From Candidatus Multivorans sp. (lineage in GTDB: Bacteria; Acidobacteriota; Thermoanaerobaculia; Multivoradales; Multivoraceae): a stretch of DNA of 64,000 nucleotides. Both the position numbers and the translations under genes were made by a program. Under the pieces are notes generated by a model. That model was not told the DNA's origin and did not search any database. It worked only from the letters and a program-made list of their open reading frames with translations. Location: NCBI GenBank assembly GCA_965224025.1, contig OZ245033.1, positions 1,824,001 through 1,888,000 on the forward strand. The letters run 5' to 3'. This document shows, piece by piece, positions 52,401 through 61,955 of the stretch (positions are counted from its first letter, which is position 1; each line of letters opens with the position of its first letter).

Positions 52401-52753
52401 TCGGCAGCCGAAACGAATCGGCCGACGCCCACCTCCTGGGCTGCGGTCAGGAGCTCGATAAGGTCGCCGTCCAGGGCCCGGACCCTGCCACGGCTCGGTC
52501 TCTGCTGGGCGACTGGACGGCGGTCTGGCAGGAGAGCCGGCGGCGCCCCCTGCCCTTCTTCGCCGCAACGTCGTGGGAGTGGCTGGAGAGGGAAAGCTGG
52601 AACTACAAGGTCGAACGCGTGTGGTCGGACAAGAGCTACAGCGAGGGCAACAAAGCCTCCCATCAGCTCATCTTCAACGGCGTGGCGGAGAGCGTCGAGT
52701 TCGAGGATCTGGCCCGGCGCCTGCTGGGCCCGCTCAGGAAGGCCAGCTCGTGA
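49490..52753 (+). CDS. recC: Exodeoxyribonuclease V gamma subunit
   Basis: SNRLETLA, QLHVCHSPTREVEILHDRLL, VLTPDIDTYAP, HPLQPFSRRYF. Confidence 0.93.
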   Translation: MPRPPHAAGSGEQLPLLTSQPDTPLQLHASNRLETLAARLADRMRQSPAEPLEPERLVVPDALLGQWLRLELAGHLGVAAHLRVELPAEFAWAAMREEVKGLTGDSVYGPPYLRWRIFDRLGDWAEHDEIARYLEDGDPRKRFELADRLAVAFDHCRVYRPESIRAWQRGSADGWHARLWADLAAADTEPRHWVDAIDRYRDALAARTAAAPRNRVSLFHVAQMSPTYVEVLRLAASVMDVHVYVLSPSRRFWTVPAAPSGRRKAEHAGEAGEANELLDVWGRSARDLRDQLFAEPNAVVMASGPREDDVPRAATCLAALQHDILGAAPDARVSRAEPTGPDDSIQLHVCHSPTREVEILHDRLLGIFDTHEGIEPADVLVLTPDIDTYAPLVEAVFGAAGRIGFSIGARRLKEGAALTAFLDLLALPASRYTASDLLAPLLAESVRGRFGISDTDLATLRGAVARSRIRWGTDGEHRTELDVPASANHNWRRGLDRLVLGYALDEDDVLAGGINPCALDRWGFHDGAADYELLGRFHRYCDLAVGLGGWMKAEREAGGWADRLRSDVLDGFFDAGIRSGSEAAREVRTVSRLIEEFDDECRQAGNAGPIPFPVLRGVLNDLAAQSVRSAPRLADGIAVASLASGEVFPANVVCTVGMNDRAFPRRSPPEVFDFEAELFDREKPRPGDPDRRDGDRFAFLEALLAARNCFVVTCTGRDLQEDKPIPPSVLVSELLDYLTERFPAQEPEPRDRWRTEHPLQPFSRRYFEADEPNLFSFSRPMLQAAKALRSRGEEPRRFEGELAAEQADGAPVEVELEDLIRFSESPSKDFLRNRLGMALTTREDDVENEPLDLNPLEVWQLKSDLIGKDELNDEATLELAAARGLLPAANLGRIQHRQSAAQVAELDKELKKFDAHREAPVQGLEVELEGVRLVGAVNRFHTQSNELLFWRIGRVRPKDRIATWLRLLALIGSRNESADAHLLGCGQELDKVAVQGPDPATARSLLGDWTAVWQESRRRPLPFFAATSWEWLERESWNYKVERVWSDKSYSEGNKASHQLIFNGVAESVEFEDLARRLLGPLRKASS

Positions 52754-55700
52754 ACGCGGGCAGCGCACGCGACGACGCGTTCCAGGCGCCTCTGGACGCG
52801 GACCTGCTGATCGAGGCCAGCGCCGGAACGGGAAAGACCTTCGCCCTGACCACGCTGGTCGCCCGCCTGGTCGTCGAGGAAGATCGCGGCATCGACGATC
52901 TCCTCGTCGTCACCTTCACCGTGGCCGCCGCCGGCGAACTGCGGGCACGGGTCCGGCGCACGCTGCACGCCGCGCGCAGGGCCGTCGCCGGGGCCGGCGC
53001 AGGGCCCGGCGACGGCGACCAGGCGCCGAAGCTCCAGAGGGCGTGGCAGTCGGCGAACGTCACGGACCAGGAAGCGCACGACCGGCTCGTCCGGGCGCTT
53101 CGCGACTTCGACCGGGCGACGATCACGACGATTCACGGCTTCTGCCAGCAGGCTCTGAACGAGTTCGCGCTTCCCGCCGGCATTCCGTTCTCCTTCGAGG
53201 TCAGCGGCGACGACGCGCTGGCGGTGGGCGACGGGCTGCGCGACTTCTGGAGACGCCGGATGGTCGACGAACCGATCGCCCTCCTCGAGTACGCCAAGTC
53301 GCGGGGTTTCGTTCCCGACAAGGACACGGCCGGTTGGGTCTCGGGCCATCACGCGCGGCCGCAGGAGATCCGGGGCGTCTCCCGGAACCTGGAGGCGGCT
53401 CTGCGCTCGAAGCGGGCGGAGTGGCTCGCGGCGCTTCGTCAGGCCGAGCAGGCCTGGGCAGACGGCGGGCGGGCCGCGTTCCTGAAGGTCGTCCACGGGC
53501 ACCAGTGGTACAAGGGAAAGCGGAACGACCAGCACGTCGCGACCCTCGTCGCCGCGTTCGATTCCGGCAACGCGGAGGATCTGGCGCCGGACTTCGCCGG
53601 AGAGTTCGGCCGCGAGAAGCTGACCTCGCTGCTACAGAAGCACAACCCGCCCCCGGACGACGTTCCGCTGTTCGACGTCCTCCAGCTTGTCGGCGAGAAG
53701 GGCAAAGCCTACGGACAAGCCTGGCTGGCCGGACAGCGCCGCCGGCTTCTGAAGGACATCAGAAACACCCTGCATCACGACGCCTGGAGCGACCGCAGCC
53801 TGAGCTTCGACGCCCTGCTGGTGGAGCTTCACCACGCGCTCGCCGAAGCGCGAGGACCGGAGCTCGCGCAACGGATTCGCGACCGCTACCCCGTCGGTCT
53901 GATCGACGAGTTCCAGGATACGGACCGCCTGCAGGCCGAGATCTTCAGAACGATCTACCCGGGCGACGGCACCCCCGCGAACGGCCGGTTGTTCGTCGTC
54001 GGCGACCCGAAGCAGTCGATCTACCGCTTCCGCGGCGCCGACGTCTTCGCCTACCTGGAGGCCCAGGACCGGCTTTGCGCGGCGCGAGAACCTCTCCGGC
54101 TGGAACACAACTACCGGTCGACGCCGGGGCTGATCCGCGCCGTCGGCGAACTGTTCTCCCGCCCTCGACCGTTCCTGCTGCCGAAGTTCACGTTCGAGCC
54201 GTCCCGGCCGGCCGCGCGCGAGCGCGCCGAGCTGGTCGTCGAAGACGCGGACGACGACCCCACGCCGTTCCAGTTCGTCCTGATTCCGAAGCGCCCGGGC
54301 GAGAAGCGCAACAAGTCGGACCTGGCCCGGATAGCGGCCCGGCAAGCGGCGGGCGAGATCGCCCGGCTGATCGCCCTCGGCCACGAAGGCAGAGCGGCGC
54401 TGGTCTCTGGCGACAGGAGCGAAAGGGAGCCCCTCGCGGGCGGCCAGATCGCCGTGCTGGTCCGCACCGGCGCCCAGGGCAAGGCCGTCGCCGAGGCGCT
54501 CCGAGAGCTCGAGGTCGCCAGCGTCGAACTCGGCACGGACAACATCTTCGACTCGGCGGAAGCGGCCGCGCTCCACCGCCTTCTCCGCGCCCTGTGCCTG
54601 GACGGATCGGAGTACAACGCCACGTCCTTGCTGCGGGGAGCGCTCGCCGCCGACCTGTTCGACCTGGACATGCAGGAACTGGCCGGGCTCCGGGACGACG
54701 ACGACGTGTGGGACCACTGGCGGGAGCTCGCGCGCGAGTGGGCCGACGTCTGGCAGCAACAGGGAGTCGCCACGCTCATGCGGCGCATCCTGTTCGCCGG
54801 CGAGCCGGACTGTTCCGCCAACCTGCTCCGCTACCCGGACGGTCCGCGCCGGCTGACGAACTACCTCCACCTGAGCGACTTGCTCCACGAGGCGGAAACC
54901 AGGAGCCGACCCTCGCGCCACGGCTTGGTGGAATGGTTCCGCCAATCGAGATCCGACTCCCGCCCGAGCGACGAGACGGCCCAGCTTCGGCTGGAGAGCG
55001 ACGAGAACCTGGTGAAGATCGTCACCGTCCACCGCGCCAAGGGACTCGAGTTTCCGATCGTCTTCTGCCCCTTCGCATGGGATGGCCGGCGGCCCAGATC
55101 GGGCAAGCAGAGAAGACCGACCGTCGACTACTACGACGAGACCTCCCGAGCGCAGGTGCTCGACCTGAGCCCGGACGACCCGGCCCACGACCGCGAGCGG
55201 GTCGAGGAGCATGCCGACGAACTACGGCTGCTCTACGTGGCGCTGACTCGCGCCCAATACCGCACCGTCCTGACCTGGGCGCCGGACGGGCAGGCCGAGT
55301 TCACGCCGATGGCCTGGCTCCTTCACGGCCGCGACCGCGCGCTGCCCGCCGAGCCCGCGGAAGCGTTGGCCGACCTCGCGAAACATGTAAAGAGCCTCGG
55401 CCCGGACGAATGGCTCCAGCAGGTACAGGAGTTCGCCGCGCAGGCGCCGGGGGTCATCTCGACCCGCGAGACCGCTGCGAAGGCATCCCCGGCTCCGACG
55501 CCCGCCGAGCCGGCCGAAACCGCGGACCTCTCGGCCCGTGAGCTCCGCAGCAAGCTGAAGCTGATCCGGCAGCGGACGAGCTACTCGGCCCTGTCGACCG
55601 ACCCGAGCCCGCGTGTGCCCGTGCGCGACCGCGACGAAGTCGATCTGGTCCAGGCCGGCGAGGCGCCCGCCCCGGAGGAGCCGGAGACGGACGAGTCTCA

Positions 55701-56466
55701 GGAAGAACCGGGCCCGTCGATCTTCTCGCTCCCCGCCGGCGGCCGAACCGGCAGGTGCCTGCACGAGATCTTCGAACGGCTGCTCGGCAACCCCGAACCG
55801 CCGGAGCTCGACGAGGTCTGCAAGGACGCCCTCTCCCGTTACGGGTTCGGGCAGCAGTGGCTGCCGGTGACGCGATCGCTGATCGCCAACGCGCTCGACA
55901 CTCCGCTCACGCGGCCCGGCGAGGCGGGAGGCGTCTTCCGGCTCTCCGACCTCGAGAAGGCGGTCGCCGAGATGGAGTTCCATGTGCCGGTTCGAGCCCT
56001 CAGGCAACCGGAGCTCGGTCGTCGCCTGGAGGAGCACGGCTACGACCACCGGCTTGCCGACGACGACAACCGGATCGACGGCTTCCTGCACGGCTACATC
56101 GATCTGGTGGCGCTGCACGATGGCCTCTGGTACCTCATCGATTACAAGTCGAACCGCTTGGGCCCCGATCTTTCGGCGTTCTCGGAGCAGGCGCTCGCCG
56201 AGGCGATGCGAGAGCACGGCTACCACGTCCAGTACCTGCTCTACCTGACCGCGCTGCACCGCCTGCTGCGGCTTCGGCTGGCCGACTACGACTACGACCG
56301 CCACATCGGCGGCGCGTTCTACCTCTTCCTGCGCGGCATGCGGCCGAACGCTCCCGGCAGCGGCGTGTTCCGGGACCGGCCGCCCCGCGCCTGCATCGAG
56401 GCGCTCGATGCCATCCTGAACGATGGCGGGAACGAAGCAGCGAGCGACGGAGCGACCGCGTCATGA
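52750..56466 (+). CDS. recB: Exodeoxyribonuclease V beta subunit
   Basis: EASAGTGKT, IDEFQDTD, GDPKQSIYRFRGAD, TVHRAKGLEF, nuclease motif GYIDLV...IDYKSN. Confidence 0.95.
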   Translation: MNAGSARDDAFQAPLDADLLIEASAGTGKTFALTTLVARLVVEEDRGIDDLLVVTFTVAAAGELRARVRRTLHAARRAVAGAGAGPGDGDQAPKLQRAWQSANVTDQEAHDRLVRALRDFDRATITTIHGFCQQALNEFALPAGIPFSFEVSGDDALAVGDGLRDFWRRRMVDEPIALLEYAKSRGFVPDKDTAGWVSGHHARPQEIRGVSRNLEAALRSKRAEWLAALRQAEQAWADGGRAAFLKVVHGHQWYKGKRNDQHVATLVAAFDSGNAEDLAPDFAGEFGREKLTSLLQKHNPPPDDVPLFDVLQLVGEKGKAYGQAWLAGQRRRLLKDIRNTLHHDAWSDRSLSFDALLVELHHALAEARGPELAQRIRDRYPVGLIDEFQDTDRLQAEIFRTIYPGDGTPANGRLFVVGDPKQSIYRFRGADVFAYLEAQDRLCAAREPLRLEHNYRSTPGLIRAVGELFSRPRPFLLPKFTFEPSRPAARERAELVVEDADDDPTPFQFVLIPKRPGEKRNKSDLARIAARQAAGEIARLIALGHEGRAALVSGDRSEREPLAGGQIAVLVRTGAQGKAVAEALRELEVASVELGTDNIFDSAEAAALHRLLRALCLDGSEYNATSLLRGALAADLFDLDMQELAGLRDDDDVWDHWRELAREWADVWQQQGVATLMRRILFAGEPDCSANLLRYPDGPRRLTNYLHLSDLLHEAETRSRPSRHGLVEWFRQSRSDSRPSDETAQLRLESDENLVKIVTVHRAKGLEFPIVFCPFAWDGRRPRSGKQRRPTVDYYDETSRAQVLDLSPDDPAHDRERVEEHADELRLLYVALTRAQYRTVLTWAPDGQAEFTPMAWLLHGRDRALPAEPAEALADLAKHVKSLGPDEWLQQVQEFAAQAPGVISTRETAAKASPAPTPAEPAETADLSARELRSKLKLIRQRTSYSALSTDPSPRVPVRDRDEVDLVQAGEAPAPEEPETDESQEEPGPSIFSLPAGGRTGRCLHEIFERLLGNPEPPELDEVCKDALSRYGFGQQWLPVTRSLIANALDTPLTRPGEAGGVFRLSDLEKAVAEMEFHVPVRALRQPELGRRLEEHGYDHRLADDDNRIDGFLHGYIDLVALHDGLWYLIDYKSNRLGPDLSAFSEQALAEAMREHGYHVQYLLYLTALHRLLRLRLADYDYDRHIGGAFYLFLRGMRPNAPGSGVFRDRPPRACIEALDAILNDGGNEAASDGATAS

Positions 56467-58223
56467 GGCGCCACGCCCGCATCGCGGCGCTGACCGAAGC
56501 CGGCGTCCTGGCCGAGATCGACCGCTGCTTCGCCCTGCTCCTGATGGACCTGGGCGCCGGTGAGGACGCGGCACTGGCCGCCGCCGTCACCAGCGCGGTC
56601 CACCGGAGCGGGCACACCTGCCTCGACCTGCGGGACACAAGTCGCCCGATCGCCGAACTGGTCGAACAGCCCGAAGTGAACCTCCCGGAAAAGGCTCAGG
56701 ACCCGGAAATGCTGGAGATCGCGCTGCCCCGGCGCGAGGCTCTGCTTGAAATGCTGCCGAAGAGCCCGGTCGTCGCCGCGGGAGAAGGTCCTGCGGCCGA
56801 GCGGCCTCTCGTCCTCGACCGCGACCGCCTCTACCTGCACCGCCTGTTCGATGCCGAGTGCCGTCTCGCCGAGCGGCTGGTCGCGCTGGCCATGGACAGC
56901 GAGTCGATTCCCGGCAGCGAACAGGCGATCCGCCGGATGTTCGACGAGCGGGAAGACCGGACCACGGAGGCCGTCGCCGCGCTCCGCACCGCGATCGAAC
57001 GCCGGCTGTGCATCGTCACCGGCGGACCCGGCACCGGCAAGACGACCCTCGCGGCCAAGCTGATCGTCATCCTGGTGGCCCAGGGCCTGGCCGACCCGCG
57101 GCGCATCGGGCTGGCGGCGCCGACGGGCAAGGCCGCCTCGCGCATCCAGGAATCCGTGCGCGGAAAGCTCGGCCAGCCGCCGCTCGACGACGTTCCGGGA
57201 ATCCGGGAGTTCCCGGCCGAGGCCTGGACAATCCATCGGATGCTGGCGAGCCGGACCAGCCGCTTGAGCCGCCTCGACGCGCTGGTCGTTGACGAGTGCT
57301 CGATGGCCGACCTGCGGCTGATGGATCGCCTCGCGACGGCCCTGCCGCCACGGTGCCGGCTGATCCTCCTGGGCGACGCGAACCAGTTGTCTTCGGTGGA
57401 ACCGGGCTCCGTCTTCAGCGACCTCTGCAAGGCCGGGGAAGCGGGGCCGCTAGCCTGTTCCGTCACGACGCTGAGGAAGAACTACCGCTTTGCCGAGCGC
57501 TCGGGCATCGGCCGGCTGGCCCGGGCCGTCGTCGCCGGCGACGCCGCCGGCGCGGCCGCCGTCCTGCGAGAAGGATCCGATGCGGAGACCCGTCTTGAAC
57601 CGCTCGAGGACGAGGACGCCTTCGACCGTTTCGTCGACGAGTGTGCAGCGACCTGGGCCGATCACATCGCGAAGCTCAAGGCAGACCCTCGGGCCGCCGC
57701 TCCCTTCCCCTCGGAGCGGGTGCTTTGCAGCCACCGGCGGGGTCCATTCGGGACGCAGCGTTTCAACCGCCTGGTCGAGCGCCGTCTCGCTCGATCGCGG
57801 CGCCGGTCGGGTGACGACGAGTTCTACGTCGGACGCCCGGTCATCGTCAGCCGCAACGATCGGCAAACGAACCTCTCGAACGGCGACACCGGCGTCGTCG
57901 TGCCGGGCGACTCGGGGCGTCCGCAGGTCTGGTTCCCGGATCTCGACCGTGCCGGCGAGCGGCACCTCGTCTCGCTCGCCCGCCTGCCGCAGCACGAGAG
58001 CTTCTTCGCCCTCACCGTCCACCGCGCGCAGGGTTCGGAGTACGACGACCTCGTCTTCATCCCCGGCCCCGCGGAGTCGCGAGCGAACACGCGGGAGCTG
58101 TTCTACACGGCCGTGACCCGGGCGCGCCAGCGCGTGACCGTCATGGCAAGCGAGAAGGCCGTCCGCGCGGCGGTCCTGCGGTCAACGTCCCGCTCCACCG
58201 GGCTGCTGGACCGGCTCCGCTAG
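56463..58223 (+). CDS. recD: Exodeoxyribonuclease V alpha subunit
   Basis: TGGPGTGKTT, VDECSM, LGDANQL, TVHRAQGSE, ELFYTAVTRA. Confidence 0.95.
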   Translation: MRRHARIAALTEAGVLAEIDRCFALLLMDLGAGEDAALAAAVTSAVHRSGHTCLDLRDTSRPIAELVEQPEVNLPEKAQDPEMLEIALPRREALLEMLPKSPVVAAGEGPAAERPLVLDRDRLYLHRLFDAECRLAERLVALAMDSESIPGSEQAIRRMFDEREDRTTEAVAALRTAIERRLCIVTGGPGTGKTTLAAKLIVILVAQGLADPRRIGLAAPTGKAASRIQESVRGKLGQPPLDDVPGIREFPAEAWTIHRMLASRTSRLSRLDALVVDECSMADLRLMDRLATALPPRCRLILLGDANQLSSVEPGSVFSDLCKAGEAGPLACSVTTLRKNYRFAERSGIGRLARAVVAGDAAGAAAVLREGSDAETRLEPLEDEDAFDRFVDECAATWADHIAKLKADPRAAAPFPSERVLCSHRRGPFGTQRFNRLVERRLARSRRRSGDDEFYVGRPVIVSRNDRQTNLSNGDTGVVVPGDSGRPQVWFPDLDRAGERHLVSLARLPQHESFFALTVHRAQGSEYDDLVFIPGPAESRANTRELFYTAVTRARQRVTVMASEKAVRAAVLRSTSRSTGLLDRLR

Positions 58224-59636
58224 CTACCCGCCGCCGCCGACCGTTCCTTCGCTCCCGTCGCTGTCCGCGCCCTGACGCTGCTGCTGGCGGAAACGGCGGA
58301 ACAGCTTGCCCTGTTCCTCCTCGCTCAACGAGTCCCAGTCGATTCCGAACTGCTCCTTGATCTGCTTCTTGAAGCTCTCGGCATTGAAGCGCTGACCGCC
58401 GAGGAAGCCGGTGTTCTCCGGCTTGTAACCCGCCTCGGCGTCCGCGTAGGACACGAAGCCGAACATCATCTCGGACGTGGTCGGACCGCCGTAGACGACG
58501 GTCTTCGTCGGATCGGGGTTCGCCGGGTTGTCGGCCGAGTTGTCCCAGGCCATCGTCAACTCGATCTCGGTGCCGGCCGGGATCCGCTTGCCGCCAGCCG
58601 GGTACTTGTAGTGCGTCTGCCAGTTGAAGTCGTAACGCGGCACGTCCAGCAGCACCTCTTCGGCGCCGTCCGGGTACTTCGCTACGTAGCGGGCCGACTT
58701 GCCGCGCAGGTGCATGTGCGGCGTGTAGCCGAGCAGCAGCGCGTCGCGGTCGAACTTCGCGCTCGTCGTGGCGACGTAGTTCGAATCGCCCGGCGGAATC
58801 TGGAAGTCGAACTTGCCCATCGCGTTGTTCTGCATCACGTAGGTCGGCTCGTAGTCCGCCGGGTAGAACCGTAGCGCCACCGAAGAGCGATCCCAGGCGC
58901 CGGTGCCGGGCCCCGGCTCCTTGTGGTAGTGCATCTGCCAGCGGATGGTGGTGCCTGGCTTGACGAGCGTGCCGAAACCGTCGTTGTGAACCGTCGGGTC
59001 GTTGCCCGGAGCGATGCCGCCGAAGGGGCGAGCGATGATGTGGTGCACGACCGGGCCGCCCGGACGGAACTCGACCGCCTTGATCCAGCGCGGCTCAGGC
59101 AGCATCTCCTCCGTGATCGCGGTCTCGAAGTTGATGTACTGATCCTCGACGTCGTCCTCGACGAAGTAGTCCTGGCCCATGTCCATGACCAGGTCCGGCT
59201 CGCCGATCGTCCAGCCGTCGGTCGACTCCCACACCTTGGCCGGCGGCGCGTCAGCCGCGTCGCCCACCGGCGCTCCGCCCTTGGCCCAGGCGATCAGAGT
59301 CGCCTTCTGCTCCGCCGTCAGCGAGCGCTCGTTCACGAACACGCCCGCATGCTCCGGCGCCGCATGCCACGGCGGCATCAGGCCGGCTTCGACCTGGCGG
59401 GCGATGGAACGCGCCCAGGGCCGTGCTTCCTGGTAGCTGGTGAATGCCATCGGCGCCACCATGCCGCCCAGGTTCGCGCCGTTCGGGCGGTGACAGACCT
59501 GGCACTTCTCCTCCAGCACGGTTTGCACCGCGCCGTAGTAGGTCGGCGTCGCCGTCGGAGCGTCGTTGTTGTTGTTCGCCGCCGCTACAGGTGCGGCCAG
59601 CGCGAGGATCAGCAACAATCCGATCGCCTTCTTCAT
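58224..59636 (-). CDS. Secreted cytochrome c / copper type II (PHM/DBH-like) monooxygenase-domain protein
   Basis: Signal peptide, CQVCH, MPPW, VVHHII, QMHYH, PHMHLRGK, YDFNWQ, SEMM. Confidence 0.8.
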   Translation of the reverse strand: MKKAIGLLLILALAAPVAAANNNNDAPTATPTYYGAVQTVLEEKCQVCHRPNGANLGGMVAPMAFTSYQEARPWARSIARQVEAGLMPPWHAAPEHAGVFVNERSLTAEQKATLIAWAKGGAPVGDAADAPPAKVWESTDGWTIGEPDLVMDMGQDYFVEDDVEDQYINFETAITEEMLPEPRWIKAVEFRPGGPVVHHIIARPFGGIAPGNDPTVHNDGFGTLVKPGTTIRWQMHYHKEPGPGTGAWDRSSVALRFYPADYEPTYVMQNNAMGKFDFQIPPGDSNYVATTSAKFDRDALLLGYTPHMHLRGKSARYVAKYPDGAEEVLLDVPRYDFNWQTHYKYPAGGKRIPAGTEIELTMAWDNSADNPANPDPTKTVVYGGPTTSEMMFGFVSYADAEAGYKPENTGFLGGQRFNAESFKKQIKEQFGIDWDSLSEEEQGKLFRRFRQQQRQGADSDGSEGTVGGGG

Positions 59637-59711
59637 GGGTCGGGGTCTCCTCGGGTCGGGTTCTTCGGGCGCTAACTGCAACACCGTACCACAACGACCC
59701 CGAGTATTGTC

Positions 59712-60476
59712 TCAGTTTGACGGAGCTGGCCGAATCCCTCGAAGATTCTTCATGACGAAAGTCGCCTGGCTCCAGGCCGGAGCAAGAGCCCGGCGCCACC
59801 AGCGGATCTTCGACACCATCTTCTTGACGTCACTCAAGGCGGTCTCACGGGTCGCCTTCAGCGATTCATACTCGCACAGGAGGCTCAGAAGCCGTTTGAC
59901 CCCGGCCGGCTCCTCAGCTTCGATGGCGATCCTCTCCGCCCTACAGTCCTGATACCGCTCCTGAGTCATGGACCGCCAGTCGATCTTCGTGTGCAGTGCC
60001 CGGAACCTCTTGGCCAGAAGATGGTGCTCGGCAGCATGATCAGCGAACCTGTACGCGAGATTTAAGGCCACACTGGCTCCAGTCAACACCGAAAGTGTCC
60101 ACGGCAGCCAAGGAAGGTTCACGACCTGTTCAAGACGTGCCGCGACTCCTCCCGCGAAGAACACGGCTCCAACCAGAGTGCCGTTGTTCCAGCCGACGAA
60201 CCAACTCCGACGCCGATCGTGATACCGAATCGACATTTGCACGCCGACCTGGAGGGCGTAGGCGTTGCCCCTTAGCTGCTTTCGTCCGCCTCCGTTGGCG
60301 GTGGCGGCGGCGGCGGCACCGGATCGTCTACTCGGAAGTCCGGCTGTGGACTCTCTCTGGGACTGTCGATCGCCGGGCTGTCCCGTCTCTCGATCCATTC
60401 GCCCCTGTCCGGCGTTTCTCTGATCGACGGCCTTTCCCTTGGCGGTGGCGTCCTTGTTCTGTCTCTGGGCACTCAT
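59712..60476 (-). CDS. SLATT-like two-TM effector protein (start uncertain)
   Basis: SIRYHDRRR, two hydrophobic helices, A..HHLLAKRF..L, RIAIEAEEP. Confidence 0.6.
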   Translation of the reverse strand: MSAQRQNKDATAKGKAVDQRNAGQGRMDRETGQPGDRQSQRESTAGLPSRRSGAAAAATANGGGRKQLRGNAYALQVGVQMSIRYHDRRRSWFVGWNNGTLVGAVFFAGGVAARLEQVVNLPWLPWTLSVLTGASVALNLAYRFADHAAEHHLLAKRFRALHTKIDWRSMTQERYQDCRAERIAIEAEEPAGVKRLLSLLCEYESLKATRETALSDVKKMVSKIRWWRRALAPAWSQATFVMKNLRGIRPAPSN

Positions 60477-60564
60477 AGCCTCCCTGACTATAGGGCAGCT
60501 TCCAGAGGCAGCTTGTCGCGCGGCTAGCCTAGCAGGCCAGGGCAGGAGATGGGGCGGCCAGAGC

Positions 60565-61519
60565 TGTCCAATGAGAAGTGAGCCTGAAGGGGGGAGTGCT
60601 TATCCAACGAGAAGTGAGCCTGAAGGTCGGGGATGGGAAACGATCGGAGGATGATCGTGTCGTTCCAGACCCAGCGTCTTCAAAGCATCGAGCAGATTCG
60701 GGAGTTCGTGTCCTCGGGAGGGGACGCGATCTTCCGGCATAAGGACCGGCGGTCGGCGTACGAGTTCTGCCGCCGGTCGCTGGTCCAGTTCCGCTATCTG
60801 TCGCTCGGCAGGGCGGACAAGGGCACAGTCAGGTCGTACCTGGCCAAGGCGACCGGGTTCTCAAGAGCCCAGATTGCCCGCCTGATTCGACAGTACCGGG
60901 AGACGGGCCGTATCGTCGATCGTCGGGGTCCGCCGCGGCACGCCTTCGAGCGCCGCTGCACGAAGGCCGACATCGGCGTTCTGGCCGAGGTTGACGAGAC
61001 CCTTGATCAAGCTGTGCGGCCACAGCACCCGGGCGGTGATGCGCCGCCAGTACGAGAAGTACGGCGATGAGCGCTTCGCGCGTCTGGCCTACATCTCGCA
61101 CGGCCACTTCTACAACCTGCGCAAGGACGACGCTTACCGGCGGCGGCGCACGACGGTCCGGAAGACGCGCGCGACGACGGTGTCGATCGGCGACCGCCGC
61201 AAGCCCCGGCCGGAGGGCCGACCGGGCTTCCTGCGCGTCGACACGGTGCATCAGGGGGAGCGGGACGGCGAGAAGGGCGTGTACCACGTCAATCTCGTGG
61301 ACGAGGTGACGCAGTGGGAGCACGTGGCGACGGTGCGGGCCATTTCGGAGCGCTGTCTGCCGGTGCTCGAGAACTCATCGAGTCCTGCCCCTTCAAGGTC
61401 CTGGGCTTCCACGCCGACAACGGCTCCGAGTACGTCAACCACCGGGTCGCCAAGATGCTGAGCGAACTGCACGTCGCCGAGTTCACCAAGTCCCGCCCCC
61501 GGCGCAGCAACGACAACGG
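60565..61519 (+). mobile_element. Degraded IS with rve/DDE integrase-core transposase (ISNCY/IS481-like)
   Basis: TGT terminus with doubled TCCAA(T/C)GAGAAGTGAGCCTGAAGG; motifs SRAQIARLI, RVDTVHQG, VDEVTQW, FHADNGSEY, KSRPRRSNDN across three frames; truncated. Confidence 0.8.
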
Positions 61520-61535
61520 AGCCGCCCCCGAAGCG

Positions 61536-61955
61536 CTACTCGGCCTCGTCGACCATCCGGTCCACGCACGCGGACCGGGCCTTGACCGCCTCCTCGAAGC
61601 ACGCCAGGTAGTCCTCGTTGCCCTCGAGGCCCCGAAGCATCCAGTCCAGGATCTCCAGTTCCTCGGTCTCGGCCTCGTTCAACGTCTCCAACAGCGCGGC
61701 TCGCGCCTGGCGCGGCTCCGGCGCCAAGAACCTCACGTCGTCGGCCGTAGTGCCGGGCACGAGCATCGCAAACGAGGCCGGCCACTCGAACATCAGGTAG
61801 GACATCCGGCCCAGGCGCTCGTCGTCGGCTTCCAGCAGGAAGGTCCGCAGCTCGGATCGCAGGTCGTCCTGAGCCGAGCAGGCCGTCAGGGCCGACAGAA
61901 GGCCGTACAGCGCCAGGAAGCCGACGCCGAACCGGGGGCCGCTACCACCGTCCAC
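61536..61955 (-). CDS. Hypothetical acidic lipoprotein
   Basis: FLALYGLLSALTAC lipobox; D/E-rich; overlaps the upstream gene stop by 14 nt. Confidence 0.55.
   Translation of the reverse strand: MDGGSGPRFGVGFLALYGLLSALTACSAQDDLRSELRTFLLEADDERLGRMSYLMFEWPASFAMLVPGTTADDVRFLAPEPRQARAALLETLNEAETEELEILDWMLRGLEGNEDYLACFEEAVKARSACVDRMVDEAE

Noticed and set aside
60567-60626. Two 24-bp repeats as a mini CRISPR array
   Set aside because: Only two copies, a 12-bp spacer and no cas genes; they sit at an IS terminus.
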